From: Lingula anatina | Lineage: Eukaryota; Animalia; Brachiopoda | NCBI GenBank assembly: GCA_051362555.1 | Contig: CM120645.1 | Coordinates: 16,492,001-16,556,000 of the forward strand | Length of the DNA: 64,000 nucleotides | Direction of reading: 5' to 3' | Part shown: piece after piece, positions 48,401 to 60,971 of the stretch | How positions within the stretch are numbered: position 1 is the stretch's first letter | Layout of the letters: each line of letters begins with the position of its first letter | Notes under the pieces: model-generated | Seen by the model: only the letters and a program-made list of their open reading frames with translations | Told to the model about the DNA's origin: nothing | Database searches by the model: none | Position numbers and translations under genes: made by a program

Positions 48401-51400
48401 ACTTTTTGTGTGTATGAAAAATTCCATCATATATTTTTTTAAAGTGTGTTTCTTCCCAATGTCAACTGATTAAAAGATTAAAAACCCCATATCCCAAAAA
48501 ATATTGGGGCTGTCTGTTGTAGAAAAAAAAGCATTACCATCTGTTGTCATAATTACTGTCTATGCAAATTAAATCAAAATTATGAAATTGATTATTTTAT
48601 TATTTATTCGTTAGCATTTTTTGGGGGGAGGGTTACTATCAAGATTTTGAAGTTTTGAAATTGGTATATTTGAATACCATTATTTGATCTCCAACAAAAT
48701 TAGTTTCACAGTGGTATAAAAAATTCACTTCTCTGCCTTTAATTCCATTTCAATATTCTCTAACAGGGGCGGATTTTTAAGTTTACATAGACGGGTATCT
48801 ATTTTTTCTGTCGGAAGATGGTCAAAAATAGAGGATGGATCAACAAAGATAATTTGGAAGACTGTCAGAAAATATATCTGGAACGGCCCCTGTCTAATGT
48901 TACAAAATGTTTTCTTTAAATTAATGTAAACATGCACAGCAATGAAGAGTGAGTATCCTAACAAAAACCAGTATTCTCTAAAATGTCCAGAATTTTATGT
49001 TTGTGCATACTAGTATGCTGGAAATTTGACAATGACCTCAAATTAGGATAAAACTAATAATAGCATCCTACTGATAAATTAAATGCATTAGCAAGCACTC
49101 GCTCATTTCCATGCAATTTACCTTTTGGCTAAAGTTTCCCTCTGATATGCGATAAGGTACAAATACTGTTGTATTACCCACTCCAGTTTTTAGGGAGTTC
49201 ACCATTTCCTGTAATTCTTGTGATGTACTTGATGCAGTTAATAGTACCTTAAAATGATTATCAACATATTAAATTATACCAACTCTAGCAAATTCATTAC
49301 AATAACTTCTGATGGTTCTAGATGTTCCAATTCAGTAACTAATTTCCTGTCATTTTAGGGAACCATTTGATTCCATGCCTGTCAATGAGGCTTTCATTGC
49401 AGTTACTTGTAATATACTACATTGTACATTTATTTAAGTGGACACATGCCAGCAGATGTTGCCATAGATATGTTTCAGTGCTTTGAACCATGATACAGAA
49501 GAATATTTCAAGGAATGAAGTAAAATACAAGGAAGGTAATCATTTAGATACAGAATAAGCTCAAGGTAGGTTTTATTTTAAAAAAATAAGTAGAAGTGTA
49601 ATAAGTTTGATAAAATAGAACTATTCTTTACTTAGAGACAAATAACTGCTATCAACTTCTGTTTTTTTCAGTCCACCACTGAAATGCAATGTTTGACAAA
49701 TGTTATTTGTCTGTAAGTAAGTCAAAAGAATAATTTTATGTTATCATCCTATGTAGAGACCAAGAAAAAAACACTTTCATAGTGTAACAAGTTTATTAAG
49801 AATGACTAACTTAACACTGGTATAAATATGATAATCATGTTATTATCTCTCTAGAAGTTATGGTCAGTGCCCATGGTCAATAGCCAACCTTACAGTGACC
49901 AATCTTGGCAGAATGACCATCACTGTCTCATAAGTTAATCAATTATTTAATGCATTCTACTAAAACAGTATAGGTCTATCCATATACTGCTTGATTAAAA
50001 GTTCAGTTGTTCAACCAAAGGTGAGGGGAAATTGGGTAAATGTTTCAGGATTTACTTCAACATGCAAGCCACACAGGCCCCACAAAACATCAGGATTAGC
50101 ATCCCAGCAAAACTTCAAAGGGTAATTGGATTAGCTGAGCACAGTGACCACACTGCAGAAGTTCCCTGTCACACAGTTTTCAAGAGTAGCTGATACCAAG
50201 TTTGTACATTGGGAACTCAAGGTAGTGAAAAACACATTTTTTCAAATATTTAAAAGTGCATTCAAAACAGATGATCGGCAGACTTACGTACTGATCCGCG
50301 GACTTAATATGGCCCACCCATCATAGAAGAAAGCTGCTGAATCCATGATATTCTCACTGCCTCCACACACACTATTGAATTGAGCAGATTAAACCTCAGC
50401 TCCGAGGTGTAATTACTAGTTGGCTGCAGGGACAGCACATGTGGAGGCCAGGAGACCATCAGTGGATTATGAGCGGCTACCTTTTATGTGGGGTTGGCCC
50501 TATTTAATCCATGGATCAAAAAGTCTGTGGCTCATCTGTTCTGAATAAGCTGTAAGTTATTACTCTAAGGGTGCATTCCCAGAGATTTAGATCAATCCAG
50601 AGATTTAGATTTAGATCAACCTAACTCCCTGGGGGTTCACGCTAAATTGCAGTCAGCCGAGCGCGCACCACAGTTAATTACCCCCTAACAGCTTTTAGTA
50701 GGCAGGACAGACGCTTAAGCCGGCTAAGCTGACAGTAATCTAGTGAGACTCCCCACAGGGATAGATCGACCTAAAATCTATGGGAATGGGGTCGTAAACT
50801 GTAAGTGCAGAAGAGACAACTCACAGCCTTATTGTAGATAATTTTTGATAGAAATGCTTTGCAACTAATTAAAATTAATATTTCAAGCGTGCCTATATAC
50901 CTTTGCTGAATTCATATTTGCAATATGGTGGTAAACTATGAGTTTGTAGACCATAGGTTATTTTAGATTTTCTAATACGTCGGCTTTTATATTATTGGTC
51001 AGTAGGTAATGAGAAGTTTATGGGGAATTCAGATAGAAACATTGAAAATTATGCACTGTACTAGGCATGTTATACATAAAGTATGATAAAACTGAATTTC
51101 CATGACAATGCAACTAAATAATAAGCTGTAATTGACTGTTGGGAATTCAGTGAGAATTTAGCAAACGAAGCTGTAAAATTTTTTGAATAACTTGGCATTT
51201 CAGCAAAACATATAAAAAGAAGTCTTTTTCTTTTCCTTCAGTGACAGCATTTCCAACATCTTACCGTTTAGTCTTACTTTATTTCCTTCAGTGACAGTCC
51301 CTAGACGAGTATTATATGCAGTACAGATAAACATGTATTGTCACTGTAGGCCTTAAACCTCTTTCCACACACCCATCCAAGTATTTTTCTCAGCCTAAAT

Positions 51401-54400
51401 CCAACCCCACCCTGGATCAACATCCACACGTCAACACTTTCTAGGTTAACAAACCTTGTAAAATGCCTGTGTCTCATTCAGTCTGTTTAATGTGTCCAGG
51501 ATATCCCCATTGCAGATAGTGCCATTTCCAACAAAGTCATCTTTACAAGTACACTGCACATGTCCAGTTGTCAAGGCTCCATCTAAAATAAGACCATCAA
51601 CTCATAATTATTACAGTGGGTATGTTTAGGGTACATTAATTAGTATGGGGCTTTGTATCAACCTAATTAAGTTTTGAAGGATAAACATAATTTCAAGTCT
51701 GGACTGATCCATCATCATAAAATTTTATAAACATATCTATAACATCTGTATTTTGTACAAGCTGGTCCATTAGATTTAATTTTAAAGAAGTTGTAATTTG
51801 AAATAGTGTCAGGAATATTCTCTCAATTGTAGATAGTTTTTCACCTATACTCAATGCCACTGAACAAGAAGCCCCAGGTGGGCAACCCCCATTCTGTTGT
51901 AAGCATTTATCTTCCACACAGTAGGTTACTCCATCTCCAGTCAGATTTGTTGGGCATTTACACCTGTAGCTTTGTTTCTGTATTCAAAGAACATGTTGGT
52001 TATTACAATTTTTAAATTGCAATTAAAATCATACCATGTACTGGTAACAGCCATGAACTATATACTTAATATAAAGAATAAAAGAAAAAAACTTGTAAAA
52101 TAATAAAAATTAATTGTATCCTTATACCTTTATTGCTAAAAACTTCATTGTGTTGGCATTTTATTTAACCAATAAAATTCCAAAATAACTTTTCAAACTA
52201 CATAACTTATTTTTCTTACAATTCACTAAAATCTATAAGCACTTTACATTTAGCATTAATGGCTTAAATGAAATTCAGTTAAGTTAATTTAAATATTTGT
52301 CACTGACCTGCTGATCAAAACTACATTTTGCTTCAGGTAGGCAAGTGTGATTGTTGATTTCACATGGCGAGTAACAGTTGTAGCCACTTCCATAGTAACC
52401 AGGTAAACAAACACATGACACGAAGTCATTTGTTATGCTGCACTTGGCATATTTATGACAACCACCATTAAACACCACACAAGGAGACATACACTTATAT
52501 CCATCTCCATGGTACCCAGGATAGCAAGTGCATTTGACTCCATCTGGTGTTGCCTGGCAACTTGCATCTGCATGGCAACCACCATTCTTAATATCGCATA
52601 CTGACTTACAGTTATAGCCATCTCCAATGTAATTACTAATGCAACTGCAGTTAACAGAGCTATTGCTGTAACTGCATGTAGCCATAACATGACATCCTCC
52701 ATTAAGAATCTCACAGGGGGTGTTGCATGTATATCCATCACCATGGTAACCAGGTAAACAAGAGCAAGTTACGCTTCCACTTTTATCCATGCACTCAGCA
52801 TTGGAATGGCAGCCACCATTGTTATAAGTGCAAAGGTCAAAACAGGTTTTTGTAACTGGGCAAGCACACACGACGTGTCCGTCCTGAACTACACAATCTG
52901 CATCACCATGGCAACCTCCATTGTCAATTTCACAAGGGTTATGGCAAAAGTGATAGCCATCACCAAGGAAACCAGGTAAACATGAGCACTTGACTCTGTT
53001 GTCAGGTCCTGTGAATGCATAAATCTTTTAGTATAGTCATTTATCTTTTATGAAACCAATGAAGTACTCTAGGAGGATACAATTTAAACAACATCAAGAT
53101 TAAACCCAGTAAAGCCTACTTAATTAAGAAGTACTCACAGTAACAAAAATTAAGTAACACTTCATGTACTCTCTGGTTCCTGGTGCCTTTTTTAAGCAAT
53201 AGCATAAACAAGAAGGAAGGGAAAGCTGCTATGAAGCACATGCAACAATTTATGTTACTACTGCCTATTATCTCCACTATTATCTCATATGCCAAATCCA
53301 AAGCACAAACGGCAGTGCTAAGATGATACACACTGGTGGGAGGAGCTTTTCCAAAACCAATGTCTTACTTCCAATTTATACAAGTCCCTCAAATCAAGCA
53401 TATTTGTATCCCCCATTCTTGCAGTGGATTTTCTATGCCCACCAGTGGATATTCATGGTAATCGAGCCAATACTGAAAGCCTACATACCCTCTGAATGAC
53501 AAGTGGCATTCTCATGGCAATTCTGATTTTCAAAATGGCATGCAGAAACGCAGTCATCACCAAGTGGTAGATACCCTGACATGCAAGTACATGTGACTTC
53601 TCCGTTTTCATGGTTACATGTAGCATTACTATGACAACCTCCATTGGCAACATCACAGGGACTTAGGCAAAAATGGATGCCGTCTCCATGGAAACCAGGC
53701 AAGCAGATGCATGTGATTTCATTACCAGGACCTAAGAAAATGTTATCATTAAGCTGAGAAGAAAAATTGCAATTTTTTTATCATGCATAGTATCCATAAA
53801 CAATTAATTAATTAATTAAGCAAATGCTATTATGCTGAATCTCATTCTTAAAATATTTTGAGTTTTAACAGCTAAATTAGTTTGAATTGTGAAAGCATGT
53901 GAACTGACTCCATTCTGTTAGCTTACAGGTTATACCCTAATATTCCTATATCAACATGCAATTAAGCCTAGATTGAATCTTTAGTACACTCCACATGCAT
54001 TGCTGTCTGTTTCAAAAAAGATATATAGCAACAGGCTCTACAAAACGATAACTATTTGTTCTCATGTTTTTGCATCACACTTTATGGATAATCTGTATAT
54101 CAACCTGAGTATAAATAACTAAAAATGTTTGTGACTTGATAGCTGCCATGAACCATCTCTAAATTTCAAATAAATTTATCCAATCCAAGAATCACAAAGT
54201 CAGCCGTACCTTTCAAACTGCAAGTTGCATTCTCATGGCAGCCGCCATTTTGGATTTGACAACGATGTTGACACTTGGATCCGTTTCCATAGAAGCCAGG
54301 CATACAAGTGCATGTTAGTTTGCCACCTTCATCTAAACAGGTGGCGTTAGCATGACAACCACCATTTTCTATCAAACATTTGTTTATGTCTGAAATTGAT

Positions 54401-57400
54401 ATTATTAATAATACATTTGTCTGAAGAAAATAGCTAAAAGTGTATATCAAACTTGAATGCCGAAATAATGTACAGCATTAAAACAATTAAGTTATAATAG
54501 AATCAATCTTTATTTAGACACAACTTTTTCTATTTGAAAAAAAAAATAAATTTAGTAAATTTTCTAATTGGTCTTCTCTCTTTTCAGTAAATATTGCATG
54601 ATTAATCATTATCTTTCAAGCCAATAAAACAAATAGTATACTTATGCAAAAATATATCCCTTTTCCAACAACAATCTCATTCAGCAAGTCTACCTTTACT
54701 ACAAAGATCTCCAGTCTTTCCCATCACACAATGATCACATGATTTTCCAGTAAAATTTTCATCACATGTGCAATGTCCAGTGCCATTTCTGCCATCAAAA
54801 CAGGTGCCATGTCCAGAGCATGGCTCCCTGGCTCCCCCTGGACACTCTGAAACAACATTGTGTTAGGTGTGAAACTAGAGTGTGTTTGATGCAATCACAA
54901 CCAAATGCATCCAATGATAGTATTTCTTCCAGACCAAAAGAAACATTGGTTTGGGGTATGAATTACTTTTTTTTCAAGGTTATTTTCCAGTTTTCATACA
55001 GCTTACAGTGTCATGAATAAATCCGTAGTTCGGAATCTATATATTTCTTTTACTCAGTAAACTCATTTAAACGATGCAAATTTAAGTCATATTTAAAGAA
55101 TATACCGCATCCTTTTTATTGTACCTTCACAAAGCCTGCCATAATAACCAGGGGCACAATTGCTACATGTTGGTCCACTGAACTGAATCATACACCCACC
55201 ATGTCCATCGTCAACACTTGTGTTCACTCCTTGTCCACTTCCAGTGTTTGTGTCCACACTTTGGTTACCTCGGGTGTCGTTATTATTTGACTCTCTACAG
55301 TTTGGGTGGTCAATAGGGTCAGCTGGACAGGCTGTTTAAAGAAATATAACCTATTCATGATGATCACATTTTGTCTACTTAATCTGTCCATAGAAGTATA
55401 TCTTGATCTAGTCTATGATATATTTCCATGATCTGTCATTATGATACTAAATAGCACACAATATGTCATTTTCAAAACACACTTGTCAAATGAACAACTA
55501 CCCAGTAGAACCATTAAAAAAGTCATCAATGCTCCCAATTAAGGTACTGGTACTGCTTTGTCAGGTATTGAAACAGGCCTGTGATATACTGCTATGAAAT
55601 ATGATTATGTTTGAATGTTAATATCTTGGACAAATATGTCTTTTGGTTATCATATTTAAAACTCACATGGTTCAAAACATCTATCTTTACCAAGCAAATA
55701 ATTCAAAAAGTACTCACGATCACAAAGTAAACCGTAATATCCTTTGCAACAGGCTGGAACCTATGTACAATAAAAATAAATTTTAGGTTTGAATTTATGA
55801 GTGTTTATCTAAGATATTGGCATGTTATCAAATGTACTGCAAAGGATTTAAAAAAAAACAACATATAAGCAATTTTTGTTTTGCACTGAAAAAGGTTCAC
55901 CCCATTTGAAATTGATCTTACTGTTCTATCATGGCACCCCATATCTCACTATGGCATTCTTGAACTTACCTGCACTTTGGTAACCTCTACAGGACATCTG
56001 TGAACATCAGGCCATATCATACCACCTATCCCATGAACCACGCCACCATATGTCATTAGATCTGGCTCAATGACAGGGACCCCATTCACAAATATCTGTG
56101 AAGATTATTTTGACGGTTATGAAAAATAATCATTCTGCACATGGCTGGTTATTCAGTATGTCTGATTTTTAGAATAACAATTATATATAATCATCAATCA
56201 ATTATACCTGAGAAAAAACAGACGGAAAAACATGGACAAAAATAAGTAGATAAGACGCATGTAAATGTACACAAAGAAAGGCAACAGCATTGTTTTCATG
56301 TTTTGTGTAAAAAGCCATTGGTAATATGATTTTCATTTTTTTTTTTTTTTCAATTTGTTCATCCATAAAAAAACTATAAGACATGCCTGGTACCTGTAGA
56401 ATTCAATCCTATATAGAAAATCAATTTTCAAATAAGTTTAAGGTATTTTTTCACCTGGTCAAATATACTTGTTCACTGGAAGACGTTTGGGCCTTAACTT
56501 CCTAATACACCTTAGCAGTGTTATATTTCCATACTTACCTGAGAGGACTGGAGAGAGATATTTATATAGTACTGGTCACCAAGTAGAGTTTCAGCTACCA
56601 TTCCATCCTCTATGGAGTTAGTAGTAAGCACAGTAGGGACAACATAGAATGACAGCAATCTGGATGTCTGTAAATAAACATAATTACAGCATAATGAAAG
56701 CAGTGTATTTAGGGACATATGTCAGATAATAGGTTTTTATATTTTAATACTGATGGCAACTTTATTTATTATTTTTTGTGATAACTTCTTTATAGGAATA
56801 GTAAATCAATAGGTAAACCGCTACATGCAATTATCAATAGGCTTCAGGAACTCTGGAACTCACTCAACATGATTTCTTATAATAAAAAAGAATGGATATG
56901 CAGGGGCGGATTTAAACCGTCTTCTGGGTCTTCCGGAAGACGGTCAGATTTTCAAGTTTACATTGACGGGTTACTAAAGACGGTCAAAATTGGAGAATGA
57001 ATCAACAATGATAATTTGGAAGACTGTCAGTAAATAGCTCTGGATCTGCCCCTGATATGAATACCCATTAAGAAAACACAAATTCAGAGACAGGAAATGG
57101 TTAGATATCTACTATTATGAGTTATTAATTCAATCCTTAGATGTAATAGTAATGAAAAATGGTTACTATTTTTGAGAAGATGCATTATATAGATTCTTGC
57201 TTCTGTAAACCAATTTTTATTTACATTTTTTATTTATCATATCCATCTTACCATCTTGTGTCCAAATCTATTCAGCACTGTATTGGTAGGAACAAACACT
57301 GTGTAACTATCCAAGGAACTTATGTTACTCAACAGCTTAGATATCTGGGAGAGAATTTTAAATTATACCTTTTATTTGGTTTCTACTTGATACAAAGCAT

Positions 57401-60400
57401 TATTAACATGTGAAAATGAATGACAAACTTTAAAAAAAACATAAATTGTTTTATACTGGCACATTAATACAGGTCCTAAAAGATGCTACTACTACTACTA
57501 CCAATAATAATGATAATAATTAAATCAAAAACAAAATTAAGTTAATTTCAACTTAATCATTACATCATTGTGACAGAATATATTTAGGTAGTTTAAATAT
57601 CATTAAAAATATATATCAAACTGTAAAATTACCATTAAGTAACTCTGGAATATGGAATACTTTGATCTGTCTTCTAATAGATTTAGCAGGTAAGGTTGTG
57701 TTGGCTGAGGCACTGGATATGGCTCCAATACCTTATCAAGTCAAAAGGAACATTCAAGGCAGAAAACAGAACGAAAGAAAAAATAATTATTTGCAGATAC
57801 CATGATTCTACTCAGCCCTTACCCTGTGTTGAGACAACAGAAACATAATTTTTATTTAACTTCAACTGGAAATGAAATCTGTTGAAATTCTTGACCATAA
57901 TCTCTATAACAGTCCCATTAAGACAAGACTGAAAATCTTAAGGCAATATCATCCTTATACTAGGCATACCTTATCAATTATGTGGATTACACCATTCAGT
58001 GCAGGGATGTTGGCTTTGATCACTTTGGCATCATTGACATACAGATCCTATAATTAGCAATTAAATAGAACATTTTAGCAGAAAATCAGGTGGTATGCAG
58101 TATTTTTTTTAATGTAATTGCATTCAATTTGACTAATTGATTTTTGTGAAAAAAGGCTGGAAAGTGACTTAACATAACTGATTAAAAAGCAATATTTACA
58201 CAAAAAAATTGAGGCCATTCAGAATGAGAAGAGCCAAGTGCTAGCTAGGCCCACAACGACTGGTTGAACTGAGCCGAGATTTAATTACTGTGCTCCTGCA
58301 GGTCATGGCCTAGCTAACCCTCAGCTCTTATCATTCTGGATGGCCTTTGTAATATTTATACAGTGACAGAAGTTCAGCATAAATGACAAACTGTCTCCTG
58401 TCAGTTTAGAACTTGGTTCAGTGGCCCTGTCCCCATGAGTATTATCTAATAAGTAGATGTGATACTTGGCCAACAGATAAAAGTAGTCATCAATGCAAGA
58501 CTATCAGTGAAAACTCAAATTTTATCAAAATACTAAAAAAGGCAGGGGGAAGATTTAAACATTCTCCAGAGCATTCAGGAAGACAGACAGAATCTTCTTA
58601 TCATTAAGCTGGTAATAAGGATGTTCCTACTTTCCGACTGATCTTGGAACACTTTCAGTCTGGAGAACTGTTTCAACTTTTCCCCTTGTGAATTAAGCAA
58701 ACCTCTTTTGGTAATTCCACCTACCTTTCCCACATGTGTGATATTCAGCCACATATTATCAGCCAAAGTCTGGAAATAATCCAGGAGAAAGGTCATCATC
58801 TTCAGCTTGAGAAAAGAATGGTTTCCTGGCACTGTGTGATACCTGTACATTATCAGAAAGAAACATCAGTAATTTCCTCTCCAGACATTTACACCAGCGG
58901 TCAAGGTCACTTCTTTGGTTTCAGGCTTTGATAACTCATGTTAATTTTTTTTTTTTTTAATGTTCTGATTATACTTTTTTTCAAATTTGGCCTGCATTTA
59001 AACCACAATGAAGCTCCTAAAATTCACTGACAACAATAGATTGTTATTTGTTCATGGTGGGATATACACAAGGCAGCAAAGCTGTCAAATGTGCATAGCA
59101 ATAGCACCTAATTTGCAACTCCACACTTTGAAATAGGTGCACAATAAATTTACAAATAATAATAATCATCATGTATTTTTTATTTTTTTGCCTACTCATT
59201 AAAAATTATTAATATTCAATATTCAAATTTGTTAAATTTTATTGTGAACCTAACTTCCACATCCAGTTTCATGAGAATTTCATTAAACAGTGGGACATAT
59301 AAGAAATGCACCTTTATTGGCCAAATTTTGAATATTATTTCTGTGTTTGTTCTTATTGCTAATATTCATCAGAATAGTTGACAGCTATGAAATTAGATCA
59401 AAGAGACATAAATGAGTCAAATAAGCTGTTATTCAAAATTTACCTATATTGTAGTATTATGAATCAGTCCAGTAAGTTATAGGGAAATAATATTAACCAA
59501 TTTTAGTGCTATGTGTCACTCTTGACTATTACGTTTAAGGATAAAAAGTCACACAGTTTTCCATTTAATGTATTTACAGGGCTTACATGCAATATAATTT
59601 TTTCTGAAAAACACAGGATAATTTTTGCAAATGGTCCAATAAAACTGAGCTCGGCCTGTATTTTAGTGCTTAAAAAAACTCCTTTGAGGATAGTGAGTCA
59701 CATGATCATTCTTTTACTGCATTGACAGTGAAAAGTACACAGTGATGACGTGGACTATGACGGATGCAGGTGAAGGCTGTATTAACAGACACACTGTGTC
59801 TGCACATAATTAAAGATTACAGGCAAAGATATGAAAAGGCAAATGGGAAATTAAATAACACATAATTAAATATTACAGGCATATGTCAAGATATGAAAAG
59901 GCAAAGAAGAGAACAAATAACAGACTAATTACGTACCCTATGAGAGATATCACATTTGTTGGATGCTGCCAGTAAGAAAAGCTGGCAAGCTTTCTGAATG
60001 CACTCACAGCAGGATCAACTGGGGCAAAGAATGTGTAGTTCTGAGTAAGATCATTCAGAATGTTATCTTCCTCTTCAAGGACCTGCAGAGACAATAATGC
60101 ACTAGACAGATTCAGGGGAAAACATGAAAAATGTGATCCTCCCAAAAAAAATCAATTTACTTTGATGGCTTATTAATTTACACATAAAAATTGTTGTGTT
60201 TTTTTTACTGATATAAATCTCACTTTGTATATAACATGCTATCGGGGGTTTTTTATATAAAACACTGTACAATGTTTTTTAATAAAACTTTCTACTAACA
60301 AAGAACCACCAATGCATATTGTAAATTAAATGTAGGCCCTTGGACAGGGAGGTTTGGTGGTTACAAAGAACTTCTCATTTGGCCAGAAAAAGTCTGTTCT

Positions 60401-60971
60401 TATTCAAAATTTGATCTTGGTTCTTTGCAATTTCTCAAGTTGGGTCAATTTAAGGGGTAAAAAGGTCCATCATTTAAAAAAAAAACTCCTTTCTTTAAAA
60501 TGGCAACAGGCCTTTTATAATCGATTATCATAGCTCTTTTCACATCCAAACACAATCAAACATTCCAATGCATGACAAATCTCTACAAACACATTTCAAT
60601 TTTCACGTAATTACAATGATACTGAACATGAGAATAACATGATTGCAATTCATAAGCAAACAATAAAGCATGACTAAAGGACCTAATACCTTTTGTATGA
60701 CCCAACTTCTGCCATAATTTTGTGCTTCATGTTTTCTAATGATGCACATTATTAACACTCAAAACATCAAGTGTTCAAAGGAGACAGCAAAATTCAAAGT
60801 CAATACAAAATCAAAACCAGCATGTACCTCCAGGATCTCAGTTAACTGTGTTAGGTTTTGTTGCACTGCCAATTCTGCATTAATGGAACCAAGACATGTC
60901 AGCCCATCACCACTGTATCCCATGGCACAGGTACAGTTCCTAGTCCCTATCCCAGTGGAGATACACATTGC
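45429..60971 (-). CDS. Stabilin-like FAS1/EGF type I membrane scavenger receptor; 3' part only, 5' exons apparently beyond the right edge
   Basis: Exons 60971-60828, 60082-59937, 58842-58725, 58047-57970, 57731-57633, 57344-57252, 56667-56539, 56095-55970, 55760-55718, 55331-55125, 54846-54694, 54389-54210, 53731-53489, 53008-52308, 51977-51845, 51582-51455, 49247-49122, 48019-47891, 47366-47256, 46475-46443, 46010-45879, 45560-45429; phases consistent. Three FAS1 domains (YTFFAP, YTVFVPTN, ANIPALNGVIHII, ANIPATNGIIHII), a long NGGCH EGF array, TM LIGIIVASILVLAVLVLVY and cytoplasmic FDNPLY. Confidence 0.9.
48764..48892 (-). mobile_element. hAT-like MITE, CAGGGGCGGAT family, copy 2 (internal deletion)
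   Basis: CAGGGGCGGAT...GGCCCCTG with a perfect 5-bp TSD TCTAA on both sides. Confidence 0.85.
50569..50794. mobile_element. Harbinger-type palindromic MITE
   Basis: TAA flanks on both sides; arms cattcccagagatttag / ctaaaatctatgggaatg; interior homologous to 3026-3281 and 41145-41330. Confidence 0.65.
56901..57054 (-). mobile_element. hAT-like MITE, CAGGGGCGGAT family, copy 3
   Basis: CAGGGGCGGAT...ATCTGCCCCTG with a perfect 5-bp TSD ATATG on both sides. Confidence 0.88.
58212..58346. mobile_element. Short palindromic MITE-like element
   Basis: aggccattcagaatgagaagagc / gctcttatcattctggatggcct inverted termini and inner tagctaggcc / ggcctagcta. Confidence 0.6.
59068..59810 (-). mobile_element. 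Second HINE-like element (short, diverged)
   Basis: Same end ACAAGGCAGCAAAGCTGTCAAATGT as 15657. The other end gacggatgcaggtgaaggct..acagacacactgtgtctg.acataa matches 17468-17520. Confidence 0.7.
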
